Assembly (NCBI GenBank): GCA_008690995.1
Contig: VRMN01000006.1
Coordinates: forward strand, 682,001 to 746,000
Direction of reading: 5' to 3'
Origin: Porphyridium purpureum
Taxonomy: Eukaryota
DNA: 64,000 bases
A program made the position numbers and the translations under genes. Each line of letters starts with the position of its first letter. Positions within the stretch are counted from its first letter, which is position 1. Below the pieces are notes generated by a model. It had not been told where the DNA came from. It saw nothing but the letters and a program-made list of their open reading frames with translations, and ran no database searches. This document shows, one piece after another, positions 39,354-49,197 of this stretch.

Positions 39354-41546
39354 TTACTGACCATCTGAATCATGTGCTTGTGAATTACTTTTTCCGTTGT
39401 CAATCAGAGGTCTCTTCGCTAGTAATTCATCCATCATCGACGCCTTCTTCAAGTAGGCGCGAACGAAGGCCTTCCATCGCTTCAGCACCGATGCTTTGCC
39501 TGCATGTACGCGGTCGCGCTCCAAACCAGTATCAGCCTTCTTCTGCGCGCTTTCAAGGATCTCTAGGAGCTCATGGATGTATGTCTTTGAAAATCGGCCA
39601 GAGTGAAGTTCAAATAGGGTCTTCCAAATCTCCTCTGTGTATGGAATACAATCCGCGTACGAGGTCAGCGCCTTCGTCAGTTGCACAAAGCGAAATGGCT
39701 TTCCTATTGCCAAGCCCTGGGTGTCCGAGTACAACGTGCCCTCCACCATGCGGCCGAGCCACGGCGCTCTGGTTTCAACGGCACTTGCGTCGAGCGCAGG
39801 CAGCGCGTCCAGCACGACTTTTAGCTGTGGAAGAGAAAGAAACTCCGACGTTTGCGCTGCCAATTCGCCGCCGGGGGCAGCGCTGTACTTCCGTACAGCG
39901 TCGAGCCATTCGAGTGTGCACTCTTTGTCGACTTGCACGTCGTACCGCCTCCAGAATTGAGACACTAAAAGTAAGTGGTCCAGCTCCAACTGGCTAAGCG
40001 CACCATTCGCAATGATTTGTTGATGCCATATTTGCACGTTCGGTTCCCCAAATAGACCGCGCATACTTGTCAAGTGCTCTAAAGATGTACATACATCGCT
40101 AGCGGAAAGCTTTCCCACAAGTTCCTCGAACTTGGTGTGCCAGCGATTGACCACAACCCAGTACGTTTCAATTTCGTGCAACTCCTTTTGGTGCGGCAAA
40201 CGCCAAAAGGACGCAAGCACATCCAAAAGCAGTCGACGAGAAGTGCTGCGACTGAGCGCTTGCTCAAGCGATACACACAGCTTTCTCCAGAACCACTTTG
40301 ACCACTGAAAAACAGCTGGCACGTTCCAGCGGCGCTTCCATTCTTCTCTCCATCCAAGAGCTTCCAAGAGATGCACCAGAGACCGAGGATGGCCCGCCCA
40401 TTCCCTCTCTGTCCGAATGAATCCAGACTCAAATCGACGAAGGATAAAAACTTCCTCCGGGTCATGATCTCGATGTGGTCTTTGCGCGAATCGCGTCAAA
40501 CATGCCGTGACCAAGTCCTTCATCGCGCTGCTTGTGTTCAGCATGAACTCGTCAAAGACAGTGCCCTGCTTCTTCACCGTTCGAGAAAGAAGCATGATCG
40601 CCGGGTTCACGCGCGGTTCCGCTCGAGACAAGGCGCGATATGCTCGCGCACATTCAATCAAATAAGTCACTCGAACATCTTCGCCCCTCCCTTGGCTTGC
40701 TGCTTCTTGGAATGCATCGGTCCAGCGCTGCAGGAACTGACAGATCACGCGGTCTCTACGTATGTACGCATTCACTGGCTTGAGCAAGAAGAGCACCAGG
40801 CTCATGCACTTGACGAGGCTGCGCATGTCAAACTGTGTGACCGGGGCGTGCAACATCCAGTCCCGGATCACAGCATCTTGCCGCCACCAAGCCGACGCGG
40901 GAAAAGAGGCCCACGGTCTCTTGGCTTTTCTGGACTTTGCTGATGTTGCGGACTGGGACGGCGACCGGAGCAACCGCACGCCGTTCTTAAATCTTACCAG
41001 CGGCAGCAAAAAAAGTCGGACCGAGTTCTCCATGGTGGCTCGTGGTGGCGTCGCGGCAAACTCTGCCTCGAGCGCTGCTCGTATGGCTTTGCCAAAGTGG
41101 TCAATATCATACTGTCTATTAAGCGCGTTCCAATCTCTTGACGACAACCCAGAAAACACGAACGCATTTGTCTCCTGACTTTGGCCGAGCAGCAGGCGGC
41201 ACGCCACCGCATACGCCTCGCGGCAGTCCAGTCCGGCAGTCATCACGCGGGTCCGCGTGAAACCGATCACGTCAAAGCGATAGTACTTGAATGCGATCTT
41301 GATCTCCGCAAGCCATTTGGCCACGCCATCGAGTCCTCGGACTTTGGTGCGCTTCTTTCGTACGACATCCTCTACTTCAGAGACCCCATCGAATGCCGAC
41401 CAGAGCTTATGGCCTGCGCCCTCAAAGCCTTGGGCAGTCTCCGAAAGAATCGGGTTCAGCGCCAGGGGCGCGCGAACTTGACGCCCGCTCGCGTAGAAAC
41501 GTCGAGCGTGTAGAGGCGGAAGCGCGCGCCAGCAGCACCTCGCCAT
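39354..41546 (-). CDS. Hypothetical helical, Trp-rich protein with mitochondrial-like presequence
   Basis: Long ORF; first ATG 41546 gives MARCCWRALPPLHARRFYASG. Confidence 0.65.
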   Translation of the reverse strand: MARCCWRALPPLHARRFYASGRQVRAPLALNPILSETAQGFEGAGHKLWSAFDGVSEVEDVVRKKRTKVRGLDGVAKWLAEIKIAFKYYRFDVIGFTRTRVMTAGLDCREAYAVACRLLLGQSQETNAFVFSGLSSRDWNALNRQYDIDHFGKAIRAALEAEFAATPPRATMENSVRLFLLPLVRFKNGVRLLRSPSQSATSAKSRKAKRPWASFPASAWWRQDAVIRDWMLHAPVTQFDMRSLVKCMSLVLFLLKPVNAYIRRDRVICQFLQRWTDAFQEAASQGRGEDVRVTYLIECARAYRALSRAEPRVNPAIMLLSRTVKKQGTVFDEFMLNTSSAMKDLVTACLTRFAQRPHRDHDPEEVFILRRFESGFIRTEREWAGHPRSLVHLLEALGWREEWKRRWNVPAVFQWSKWFWRKLCVSLEQALSRSTSRRLLLDVLASFWRLPHQKELHEIETYWVVVNRWHTKFEELVGKLSASDVCTSLEHLTSMRGLFGEPNVQIWHQQIIANGALSQLELDHLLLVSQFWRRYDVQVDKECTLEWLDAVRKYSAAPGGELAAQTSEFLSLPQLKVVLDALPALDASAVETRAPWLGRMVEGTLYSDTQGLAIGKPFRFVQLTKALTSYADCIPYTEEIWKTLFELHSGRFSKTYIHELLEILESAQKKADTGLERDRVHAGKASVLKRWKAFVRAYLKKASMMDELLAKRPLIDNGKSNSQAHDSDGQ

Positions 41547-44031
41547 GTTTGTCGACAAGTCAAGCGGGCGGAGCCAGAGCGCTTCCGTCCTTGCCGAGCA
41601 GAAAGAGCCCGTCACGCCACCGGCCGCTGCCGATGCTGAGCAAGCGCGGAGCACAGCCGCGCAGCTCGAATTCCAGTACAGCGCGCACTCGCTCACCTAC
41701 TTGGACTTCCTGGACGGAATTCACTGCATTGACTCTGGGCTGCGGAGGCACGTTGGACGTGAAAACGAGAGCAGCGGTCAGTGGCACCTCACGCCGCTCT
41801 CCAACAAGCAATATTTTCGCGTGCTCCCAAGGCTACTCGGTGATGCGTATCCATCGCAGCTGGCGCATTGGCATGAGAACGAAGATCCGCAGCCGCAACG
41901 GTGGCGCCAGGGGGGTGCTTCGACTGAAGCAGCACAATTGGCAGCGAAGCCGTCGAATGCAAACGCAGAAACATCGCCTCTTCTTGATGATGGTCGCGGA
42001 GAGGATGAAGACGACGAGTTGGCGGGCGCTGAGGATCCTGGATCATCGTGGAAGACGCCCGCAGATCCGGACGAGACAATGACGCTCAATTCATTTGTGT
42101 ATCTCGCGCTGATTGCATGTGCAAGCTTTGGGATCTGCATCGCGGTGACAGGAACGGCGACGTGGATCGCGAGCGGAGTCAAGCAAGCAGCCTCGTCAAT
42201 CGCCCACCCATTCGACGGACATGCCCAGTTTGTATCGGTAGCTCTCATGATGCTGTTTCATGCGACGCTGGCAACCTGTTCTTACTTGGTTGTCAGTCTG
42301 TTTGGTGAAGGCTTTTCGGTCGGTTCCGGTATCCCGGAGCTCAAGTGTGCACTTCAGGGCAATTATCACACCAAGCTCTTTTCCTTTCGCACGCTCTTGT
42401 CGAAGGCAGTTGGACTGAGCTTATCACTGGCTTCCGGGCTTTCCATTGGCAGGCTCGGTCCGTTTGTCCATTTTGCGACCGTCGTCGCCAGCCAGACAGG
42501 CAAGCTCAAGTTTTTATTTCCGTGGCTCGCGAGATCACCCAAAAAACGCATTCAGGCCATGGTAGCAGCGTGCGCCATTGGCGTGAGTGCGACCACGGGC
42601 AGCATTGTGGGTGCGACGTTTTTGTCCATCGAGCTGACGGGCTTGTATTTTTACACGCATTGGTTTCCGGTGTGTTTGTGGGCGGCTCTCTCCGGGTACA
42701 TGATGGGCGCGCTCTTTCTCGGCGTGGACGAGATGGCGTACTTTCCATCATCTCCGCAACCACTCACGCACGACTTGCTTTTCCTTCATACATTCTACTT
42801 TGCCGTCTTTGGTGTGTTTTGCGGCCTGGTCGGTGTGTGCATAATTACGGTGAAGCAGTACGCGACCAATTGGATCAAGGAGGCCAAGATGGGGCCCAAA
42901 CGCTTCTGCATGCTCATTTTTGTCTTTACCTGTTTCCATACATTCATAAGTTTTGCGGCTGGCGACATATTGGGCATGCCGCAGAGGAACGCCGTTGGAT
43001 TTATGATGGCACAGCAGCGCGATGCCTTTTGTGATGGGGTCGCGCTGCCAAACTCTGTGCTACCATGGTTTGACTTTTTACGCTCGACCGATTTCTGTAT
43101 GAAGACCCTGTGGTTGAGGCACCTGGTCATGCTGTGCTTGAAGATCCTGCTGAGTGCGGTTTGTTTCTCACTACCCATTCCGGCCGGTGTATTCATGCCC
43201 GTCTTTATGTGCGGCGCGATCAGCGGGCGATTCTTTGCGGAAGGCGCCTCGCGCCTAATGATTCACCTTGGCTGGCTGCCTTTGCCGCTGGACCCGCGCG
43301 TCTTTGCTCTTGTGGGGGCTGCGGCGGTGTGTACGGGCACACTCCAAGTGGTGAGTACTGCGATCATCATTCTGGAGCTTACCAATGCCGGTATGACCTT
43401 GGTGTTGCCGTTGACTGTCGCGTGCGTTGTGGCGTACTTTGTGAGTAACTTTTTCACCAGCGACCTGTTTTCGCGCACCATCGTTTCGCGAAGACTTCCT
43501 GCCATCATTGGCGTTCGTGAGTTGTCGTTCCTCGAAGCACATGAGGCATGGCATATGAAGATGAAATCGGTTCCGGCTGCACAGATCATGAGCACTCGCT
43601 TCTTTAAGGTTTTCCCTTCATCCACCGTGTTTGAAGTTCGGACTTTGCTGCAGGAACCGTGGATGGTGTGTGCACTCCTGTCCAACGAGCAGGATGCGAC
43701 GTTGCTGGGAACCATTTCTCGGCGAGCGCTGGCAGACGCTGTCCGAAATCTCCCGTACGATGCATTGTACGTGCCATATTTGAGGCAGTTTGCGGAAAAG
43801 TGTCGAGACCCCACGTGGATCTACGAGAGTGGCGTAGACCCGGCGCCCTTCATTGTGGGCCTGTCAACACCCTTTTGGCGCTTGCAAGCGTTCTTCCAGC
43901 TTTTGCGCGTCGGACAAATGTGGGTGGTACATCGCGGTCGTGCTGTTGGAATCATCACCAAGGGCAACTTTTTGGACTTTATGTTCGAATATCGTGACGC
44001 TCACAATACGATCTCTTGGTTGCTAGAGTGA
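41545..44031 (+). CDS. CLC: CLC-family anion channel/transporter with two CBS domains
   Basis: GSGIPE, GRLGPFVH, GVFMP, CBS2 VDPAPF...WVVHRGRAVGIITK. Confidence 0.93.
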   Translation: MFVDKSSGRSQSASVLAEQKEPVTPPAAADAEQARSTAAQLEFQYSAHSLTYLDFLDGIHCIDSGLRRHVGRENESSGQWHLTPLSNKQYFRVLPRLLGDAYPSQLAHWHENEDPQPQRWRQGGASTEAAQLAAKPSNANAETSPLLDDGRGEDEDDELAGAEDPGSSWKTPADPDETMTLNSFVYLALIACASFGICIAVTGTATWIASGVKQAASSIAHPFDGHAQFVSVALMMLFHATLATCSYLVVSLFGEGFSVGSGIPELKCALQGNYHTKLFSFRTLLSKAVGLSLSLASGLSIGRLGPFVHFATVVASQTGKLKFLFPWLARSPKKRIQAMVAACAIGVSATTGSIVGATFLSIELTGLYFYTHWFPVCLWAALSGYMMGALFLGVDEMAYFPSSPQPLTHDLLFLHTFYFAVFGVFCGLVGVCIITVKQYATNWIKEAKMGPKRFCMLIFVFTCFHTFISFAAGDILGMPQRNAVGFMMAQQRDAFCDGVALPNSVLPWFDFLRSTDFCMKTLWLRHLVMLCLKILLSAVCFSLPIPAGVFMPVFMCGAISGRFFAEGASRLMIHLGWLPLPLDPRVFALVGAAAVCTGTLQVVSTAIIILELTNAGMTLVLPLTVACVVAYFVSNFFTSDLFSRTIVSRRLPAIIGVRELSFLEAHEAWHMKMKSVPAAQIMSTRFFKVFPSSTVFEVRTLLQEPWMVCALLSNEQDATLLGTISRRALADAVRNLPYDALYVPYLRQFAEKCRDPTWIYESGVDPAPFIVGLSTPFWRLQAFFQLLRVGQMWVVHRGRAVGIITKGNFLDFMFEYRDAHNTISWLLE

Positions 44032-44320
44032 TCACAGTTGACTTGCCTCGTCTTGAGAAAATAGTGTGCTACACCAGCTTCGCCACGCTGACAGGCATGG
44101 TTTCTTTTCACGGAAGCTGTGTGCGTGTGAGTTTTGGGTGTGAAAATGCTTGTACTTTTTAGTTCTCCGTTGCAGAATGAATGCTCGGCCATGATGTTCT
44201 TTTCCCTATTAAGTCACACGCACGGCCAGATGGGTCCTTTATCCCTAATTTTGTCACATACATGACCCCGTGCGTGCCTCCGTGCACGTTGCAAATTACC
44301 AAGCCCGCTGTCTCTGGTGC

Positions 44321-44716
44321 CTAACTCGGAAACAGACCTGGAATTGCGCCTGTGAGTGCGCCAATAAGCAGTCCAAGCACCGGCGTCAAGATGGTGAGAG
44401 CGCCAATAACGACCCACACGTCAACTTTCCGGCCGTTCTTGACATACCAAGCGTCTTGAAACGACATATGCTGCTGGTCAACGGACGCCTGGCTGAACTT
44501 TTTCGGGCCTGGCGTCGGCGCCAGGGGGTCATAGTAGCTCCTGTTCATTGCCGGGTCCGGGTACCTGGAGGGGCGCGCGATGTAATTCTTGGGCTCCTGC
44601 TCGTCGTCTTCGGGCGCGGCCTGCATCACGACGCGGCGCGCACACACACGCACACCATGCCGCGCGCCATGAGTCACTGCCGCGCCAGTTCCAACACTCC
44701 ACACAAATGCCGCCAT
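44321..44716 (-). CDS. Small plastid-targeted membrane protein of unknown function
   Basis: MAAFV...RRVVMQAA transit-peptide pattern; C-terminal TM segment VWVVIGALTILTPVLGLLIGAL. Confidence 0.7.
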   Translation of the reverse strand: MAAFVWSVGTGAAVTHGARHGVRVCARRVVMQAAPEDDEQEPKNYIARPSRYPDPAMNRSYYDPLAPTPGPKKFSQASVDQQHMSFQDAWYVKNGRKVDVWVVIGALTILTPVLGLLIGALTGAIPGLFPS

Positions 44717-45445
44717 CTCATCTATTCCCCACTTCTTCTGTCGCCTTGTCCCTGTCCCTAGTCCTTCATCTTGTCCTCACAAACTCTCTCTCTCTCCGCC
44801 CACCCGCGCAAACACGCACACAGAATTAAGTAGGGTACAGTTAAGAAGTACACTGAACTTCCTCCTTTCAAGTAGTGTACAGCGTCTAGTTTCAATAGTG
44901 TACACCCGCGTGCTCGGCACCACCTCCCGCGCTTTCCAAACGAAAATGAACTGGGAAAACAAAAAACAACCCGAAAACCCACCAGGCTCTCACGTCAGAG
45001 CTAGCTCGAACAGAACGCTTCCGGATTGACACACGCTGTCTGCCGACGACGGCCACAGGCTGGACGCGCTCTGCGTCAGACCTTCAGCGTTGCACTAGGA
45101 CGGGATACAGTCTACGCGCAGCTCTGTTCCTACTGGCCAACTTTCACCAGCCGCAGCCACGCCACATGAGTTATCGGTTTCCGGCGATGAACCGTTTCGC
45201 CGCATGTCACAGTTTCTCCGAGAAACCCCCTACTTTTCATAGTGTACAGTATGGGTGTACAGTTACGTAGGGTTTCTCCCCCCATGTGACGGAACCCTAA
45301 TTCGGCTTGCAGGCGAGTTCGTGCGCGTGTTTTTGTCAGTGGCGGGAGTCAGCCTGGTGGATTGAGGTGCGCTGCAGCGTTTGACGGAACACCGGGGAAG
45401 AACGGGCGGCGGCAGCACGGAGGAGAGCGTCGGCGTGACGTCGAC

Positions 45446-46588
45446 ATGGGCAGTCACAATGGGCGGCTGCAGATTAGCGTGGAAGATGATGGCGCGGCCA
45501 TGGCGGTGTTTCATCGCGAGGAGTCTGAGCTGGTGAGGACGCTTGAAAGCGACGAACTGGCGCCGCCCGCCGCGGATGAGCGACCGCACAAGGGCGGCTC
45601 CGCGGCATCGCTTGCGCCGCGCGATCACGCAGAGCCCGCTGCAGGTTCGGGCGTGGGTCAGAATGACGTCTTTCCTTGGAATGCGCTGCCGAAGGACATG
45701 ATGCTGCGCATCTTTCAGAGTATGAGTTTGCTGGAGCTCATGGACTTGCGCTCGCGGTTCATTGACGACGCGCTCAAGGAGGAGGTCAAGCGGAGAATTA
45801 GCGCCCTGTATCCACTATACGAAGCTTGGATAGACGCTCCGCTGGAACACAGAAACCTCAAGAACTATCGGGAACGCGCGTTCCGCGTCAAGTGCACGCC
45901 GCGCGAGTTTGTGCAGCTCAAGCGCGTTGTGCTCGGCGGCTGCCTGCTTTCGTCGCTACCAGGCGCCATTGGAGATATGCGCGAACTGCAGGTCCTCTAC
46001 TTGGACGAGAACCGCCTTAGTGCCTTACCCGACGAACTTGCACTGTGCAAAAAGCTCAGAGTGGTAGATTTGATGAGTATGTTGGAATGGCGTCCTCGAC
46101 GCACCCCATTTCGTTTGCAGTTGGCTTTCTGTCCGCATGTGCATGTTTGTTCGCCGTTAATCTGTTTTCCGATGATGCCGTCCCATGCCGAGCATTGTGT
46201 CGCTGACTTGTCCCTTGTTCATCGTTGCCATCTCCGTTTTCTTTTGTTTTCCTTCACTGCCTTCCATTTCCTTCCATTCGTGCCAGCCAACTTGCTGGTA
46301 AAGTTTCCGCGAGTGTTGCTGCGCCTACCTAATATTTATTTCCTGTCTGTGAGTTTCAACAAGAAGTTGGAGGAGCTTCCGGAAGAGATTGGTGACTGCT
46401 TTCCCAACCTGCAAGGCTTTGGCGCTTTTGGCTGCCACCTGGAACGGCTGCCAGTTTCGTTACTGCGGCGGGCCGACGCAAACGACAAGGCCTTCATGAA
46501 CGTGCAGTACAATCGCTTTACTTTTGCATACATCCAAGACGTGGTGCGCCAGTATCCGAGCTTGCGCCGAAAGCTCGCCATTGTGTGA
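45446..46588 (+). CDS. F-box-like / leucine-rich-repeat protein, two exons (45446-46076, 46287-46588)
   Basis: WNALPKDMMLRIFQSM F-box-like segment; LxxLxLxxNxLxxLP repeats; LRR restored by removing 46077-46286. Confidence 0.8.
   Translation: MGSHNGRLQISVEDDGAAMAVFHREESELVRTLESDELAPPAADERPHKGGSAASLAPRDHAEPAAGSGVGQNDVFPWNALPKDMMLRIFQSMSLLELMDLRSRFIDDALKEEVKRRISALYPLYEAWIDAPLEHRNLKNYRERAFRVKCTPREFVQLKRVVLGGCLLSSLPGAIGDMRELQVLYLDENRLSALPDELALCKKLRVVDLMSMLEWRPRRTPFRLQLAFCPHVHVCSPLICFPMMPSHAEHCVADLSLVHRCHLRFLLFSFTAFHFLPFVPANLLVKFPRVLLRLPNIYFLSVSFNKKLEELPEEIGDCFPNLQGFGAFGCHLERLPVSLLRRADANDKAFMNVQYNRFTFAYIQDVVRQYPSLRRKLAIV
46077..46286 (+). other. Spliceosomal intron (210 nt, phase 1)
   Basis: GTATGT donor, GCTGAC branch-like site near 46202, long pyrimidine tract, CCAG acceptor. 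Confidence 0.85.
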
Positions 46589-46777
46589 AAGTCCCGTGCC
46601 CGTACTTGGATCCGGGCTAGGTGGAGCCGGGGCGCCTGCTGCTCAAACTTGCGCCATGTGGACGAGCAAGCTAAGACAGAAAGGGGTTTTCTTCTCATCC
46701 TCGGTGGACTAGTAAAGGCCTAACGCAGCATTTCGCTTCTTCTGTGCACTGACCCGTGGTCAGAAAGCGAAACCGCT

Positions 46778-47845
46778 CTAATTGGTGCGCGAAATGATAA
46801 AGTCTGCGAGCGACAGCAAGGTTTTGCTTCTCGGCCCAAACGGTTCTAAGCACGCCTTGGCTTCCAAAATGAGCCGTTGCGCCTCGTTTCTGCTCTCTTC
46901 GAGCCCCATCAGGCGCGGGTACGTCGCCTTGTTGACCGCTTCGTCCTTGCCCGCCGTCTTGCCCAGCTGCTCGGAGCTTTGCGTGACGTCTAGCACGTCA
47001 TCGGCAATCTGGAATGCAAGCCCGATCTTATTTGCAAACTCCTCGACCTTTTGCACGTCCGCGTCATCCGCGCCTCCCAGAATGGCGCCCGCGGCGACCG
47101 ACACGCGGAGCAGGGCGGCTGTCTTCTTCATGTGGATCCACGACAGCTGCTCGAGCGTTACATCCTCTCGTCCCTCGCACATGAGGTCCATCACCTGCCC
47201 GCCCGAAAGTCCCTCTGGCCCGACGCTCTCGCCAAGCAGCGAAATCACGCGCAGCACGCGCTCGGCGCTGGTATTCTTGGTGTACTTGGCGACATACTCA
47301 AAGGAGCGGGCAAGCAGGGCGTCGCCCGCGAGAATCGCAATGTCCTCGCCAAACATGATGTGATTTGTGGGCATGCCGCGCCTCAGGTCGTCGTTGTCCA
47401 TGGAGGGCAAATCGTCATGAATGAGGCTCATGGTGTGGATCATTTCGATCGCAACCGCGGTCGGAATGGCGACCTCCTCCTGTCCGCCACACATCTCGCA
47501 CGCCGCGAGGACCAAAATCGGGCGGATCCGCTTGCCGCCGGCCATGAGCGAATACCGCATGGCCTCGTAAATGCGGTCCGTCTCTGCGCCCGGCGACGCG
47601 ACGGACTCTGCGAGCGCGGCCTCGACAACCGCCTGCTTTGCCTTCAAGTACTCGAACAGCGCGAGCCCCTCATTCGCGTCGCCGCCCGCCACCGACGTCT
47701 CAGCCACGGTCGCCGCGGCCGCCGCCTTGCCCGTGGTCCCCACGGGAGCCGCCGCCATCCGCGCCGGCTGTGCCCCGCACATCGCCCGCCGCAGCTCACG
47801 CCGACCCACGCAGCGCGCGCCCCCAAACCCTCCGATGAACGCCAT
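46778..47845 (-). CDS. GGPS: Plastid geranylgeranyl diphosphate synthase
   Basis: GGKRIRP, DDLPSMDNDDLRRG (FARM), FQIADDVLD (SARM), GKTAGKD; transit peptide MAFIGG. Confidence 0.96.
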   Translation of the reverse strand: MAFIGGFGGARCVGRRELRRAMCGAQPARMAAAPVGTTGKAAAAATVAETSVAGGDANEGLALFEYLKAKQAVVEAALAESVASPGAETDRIYEAMRYSLMAGGKRIRPILVLAACEMCGGQEEVAIPTAVAIEMIHTMSLIHDDLPSMDNDDLRRGMPTNHIMFGEDIAILAGDALLARSFEYVAKYTKNTSAERVLRVISLLGESVGPEGLSGGQVMDLMCEGREDVTLEQLSWIHMKKTAALLRVSVAAGAILGGADDADVQKVEEFANKIGLAFQIADDVLDVTQSSEQLGKTAGKDEAVNKATYPRLMGLEESRNEAQRLILEAKACLEPFGPRSKTLLSLADFIISRTN

Positions 47846-48240
47846 TGTCTTCACAACGTTCCAGCAACCAACCACCCACCCCACACTCTCACACACCGTT
47901 CATCCCCTTTCCACCCCCCTTCCCCCTCCCTACTCAATCTCCTTACCACCTTCTTAAACCCTTCTCCCCCCCGCCCCCCTTTCCCTCTCGGCTCCAAATC
48001 TCCAGCTCAACCACCACTCCCCCACCTCCTTATCAAAACATGCCCATTTTATCAGACAAAACCCCACGACTACCCAAGTTGGGCTTGCGTGTGTCGCTGC
48101 TCCTCTAACCTTTGCGCGGCATTACATTGCAATGCGACAAGAAACATCTACTAAAATAACGTCATTTTAGAACACGCGGAATGCACACGGCGGGTTCCCG
48201 CACCACACCGCGAACACGAGAGAGAGCACGAGGAAGAGAC

Positions 48241-48260
48241 AGAGAGAGAGAGAGAGAGAG
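48241..48260 (+). repeat. (AG)n microsatellite
   Basis: agagag run. Confidence 0.9.
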
Positions 48261-49197
48261 ACAGGGAGAGAAAGAGAAACGTGCAATGCGCGGGTAGGCT
48301 CTCCAGCCCCATAGCCTCGAACGTCTCGTGCCGCGTTGCATCCGGGCTGTGACCACATCCCACAGACGCGCTACGATTAAGAGCTACCACAACGGTTGAC
48401 ATCGCGTCTGCGACTTGCCGCTTGCCGCTTGCGACGGCGAGTTTGTGTGCGTGTGAGGAGGTACAGTATTTCCTCAGTCCGCACGTTCAGTAAAGTACAG
48501 CTGTCACCGAAATGTGGATAGTGTACACTTAATGTACAGTTAGTGTACCTGTGGTTGTGTTTTCGATGTTCTTTATTTTCTGGGTGTTTTTTGATAGGGA
48601 ACTGAAAGTACAGGGTTAGGGTTTTGAGGCTTGCGTGTGTGTTGTTTGGTTGGTGGAAAGGAAAGGGAAAAGAAAGGGGAGAATGGCTCGTGGGGGTTGA
48701 CGGAGGGAGGGGTAGAGAGGAGGGAGGAGAGAAAAGGGAAGGAGCTTGAGTGGTTCGGAGGGAGTCGGAACAGAACGGGGGGAAGGAGGGAGGGAGCTGT
48801 GCTGTGGTATGCATGTGTGCATGCATGCATGTGTGTAAGTGCGCGCGGAAGAGTGCAGGTGGGAACGGAACGCAGTGGTGGTTTGTGTGTGAGTGAGTGA
48901 AGGAGTGAGTCTGCGAGAGTTTGTGAGTCTGTGTTGTGCGTGTGTGTTGGTGTGTTGGGTGAAGAGTGAGTGCGTGCGGTGGATGGTGGGAGCAAGGCAG
49001 GAGTACGAGAGTGGGCTGGAGGTGGGTGGCCGGGAGGGTCGAATGGCGTGGTGGCGGGAGGCGGCTCGAGAGCGACGGGGAGAGGAGAGCGCGCGCTGAC
49101 CAGGCGCGGCGGTGGCCAGCGCGCGACGACGCACGCGGGCGCGCCGCGTGGCCGTGGCACGCGCAGCAGAGCAGACTTGTGTGGGCCAGCTTGTGTG

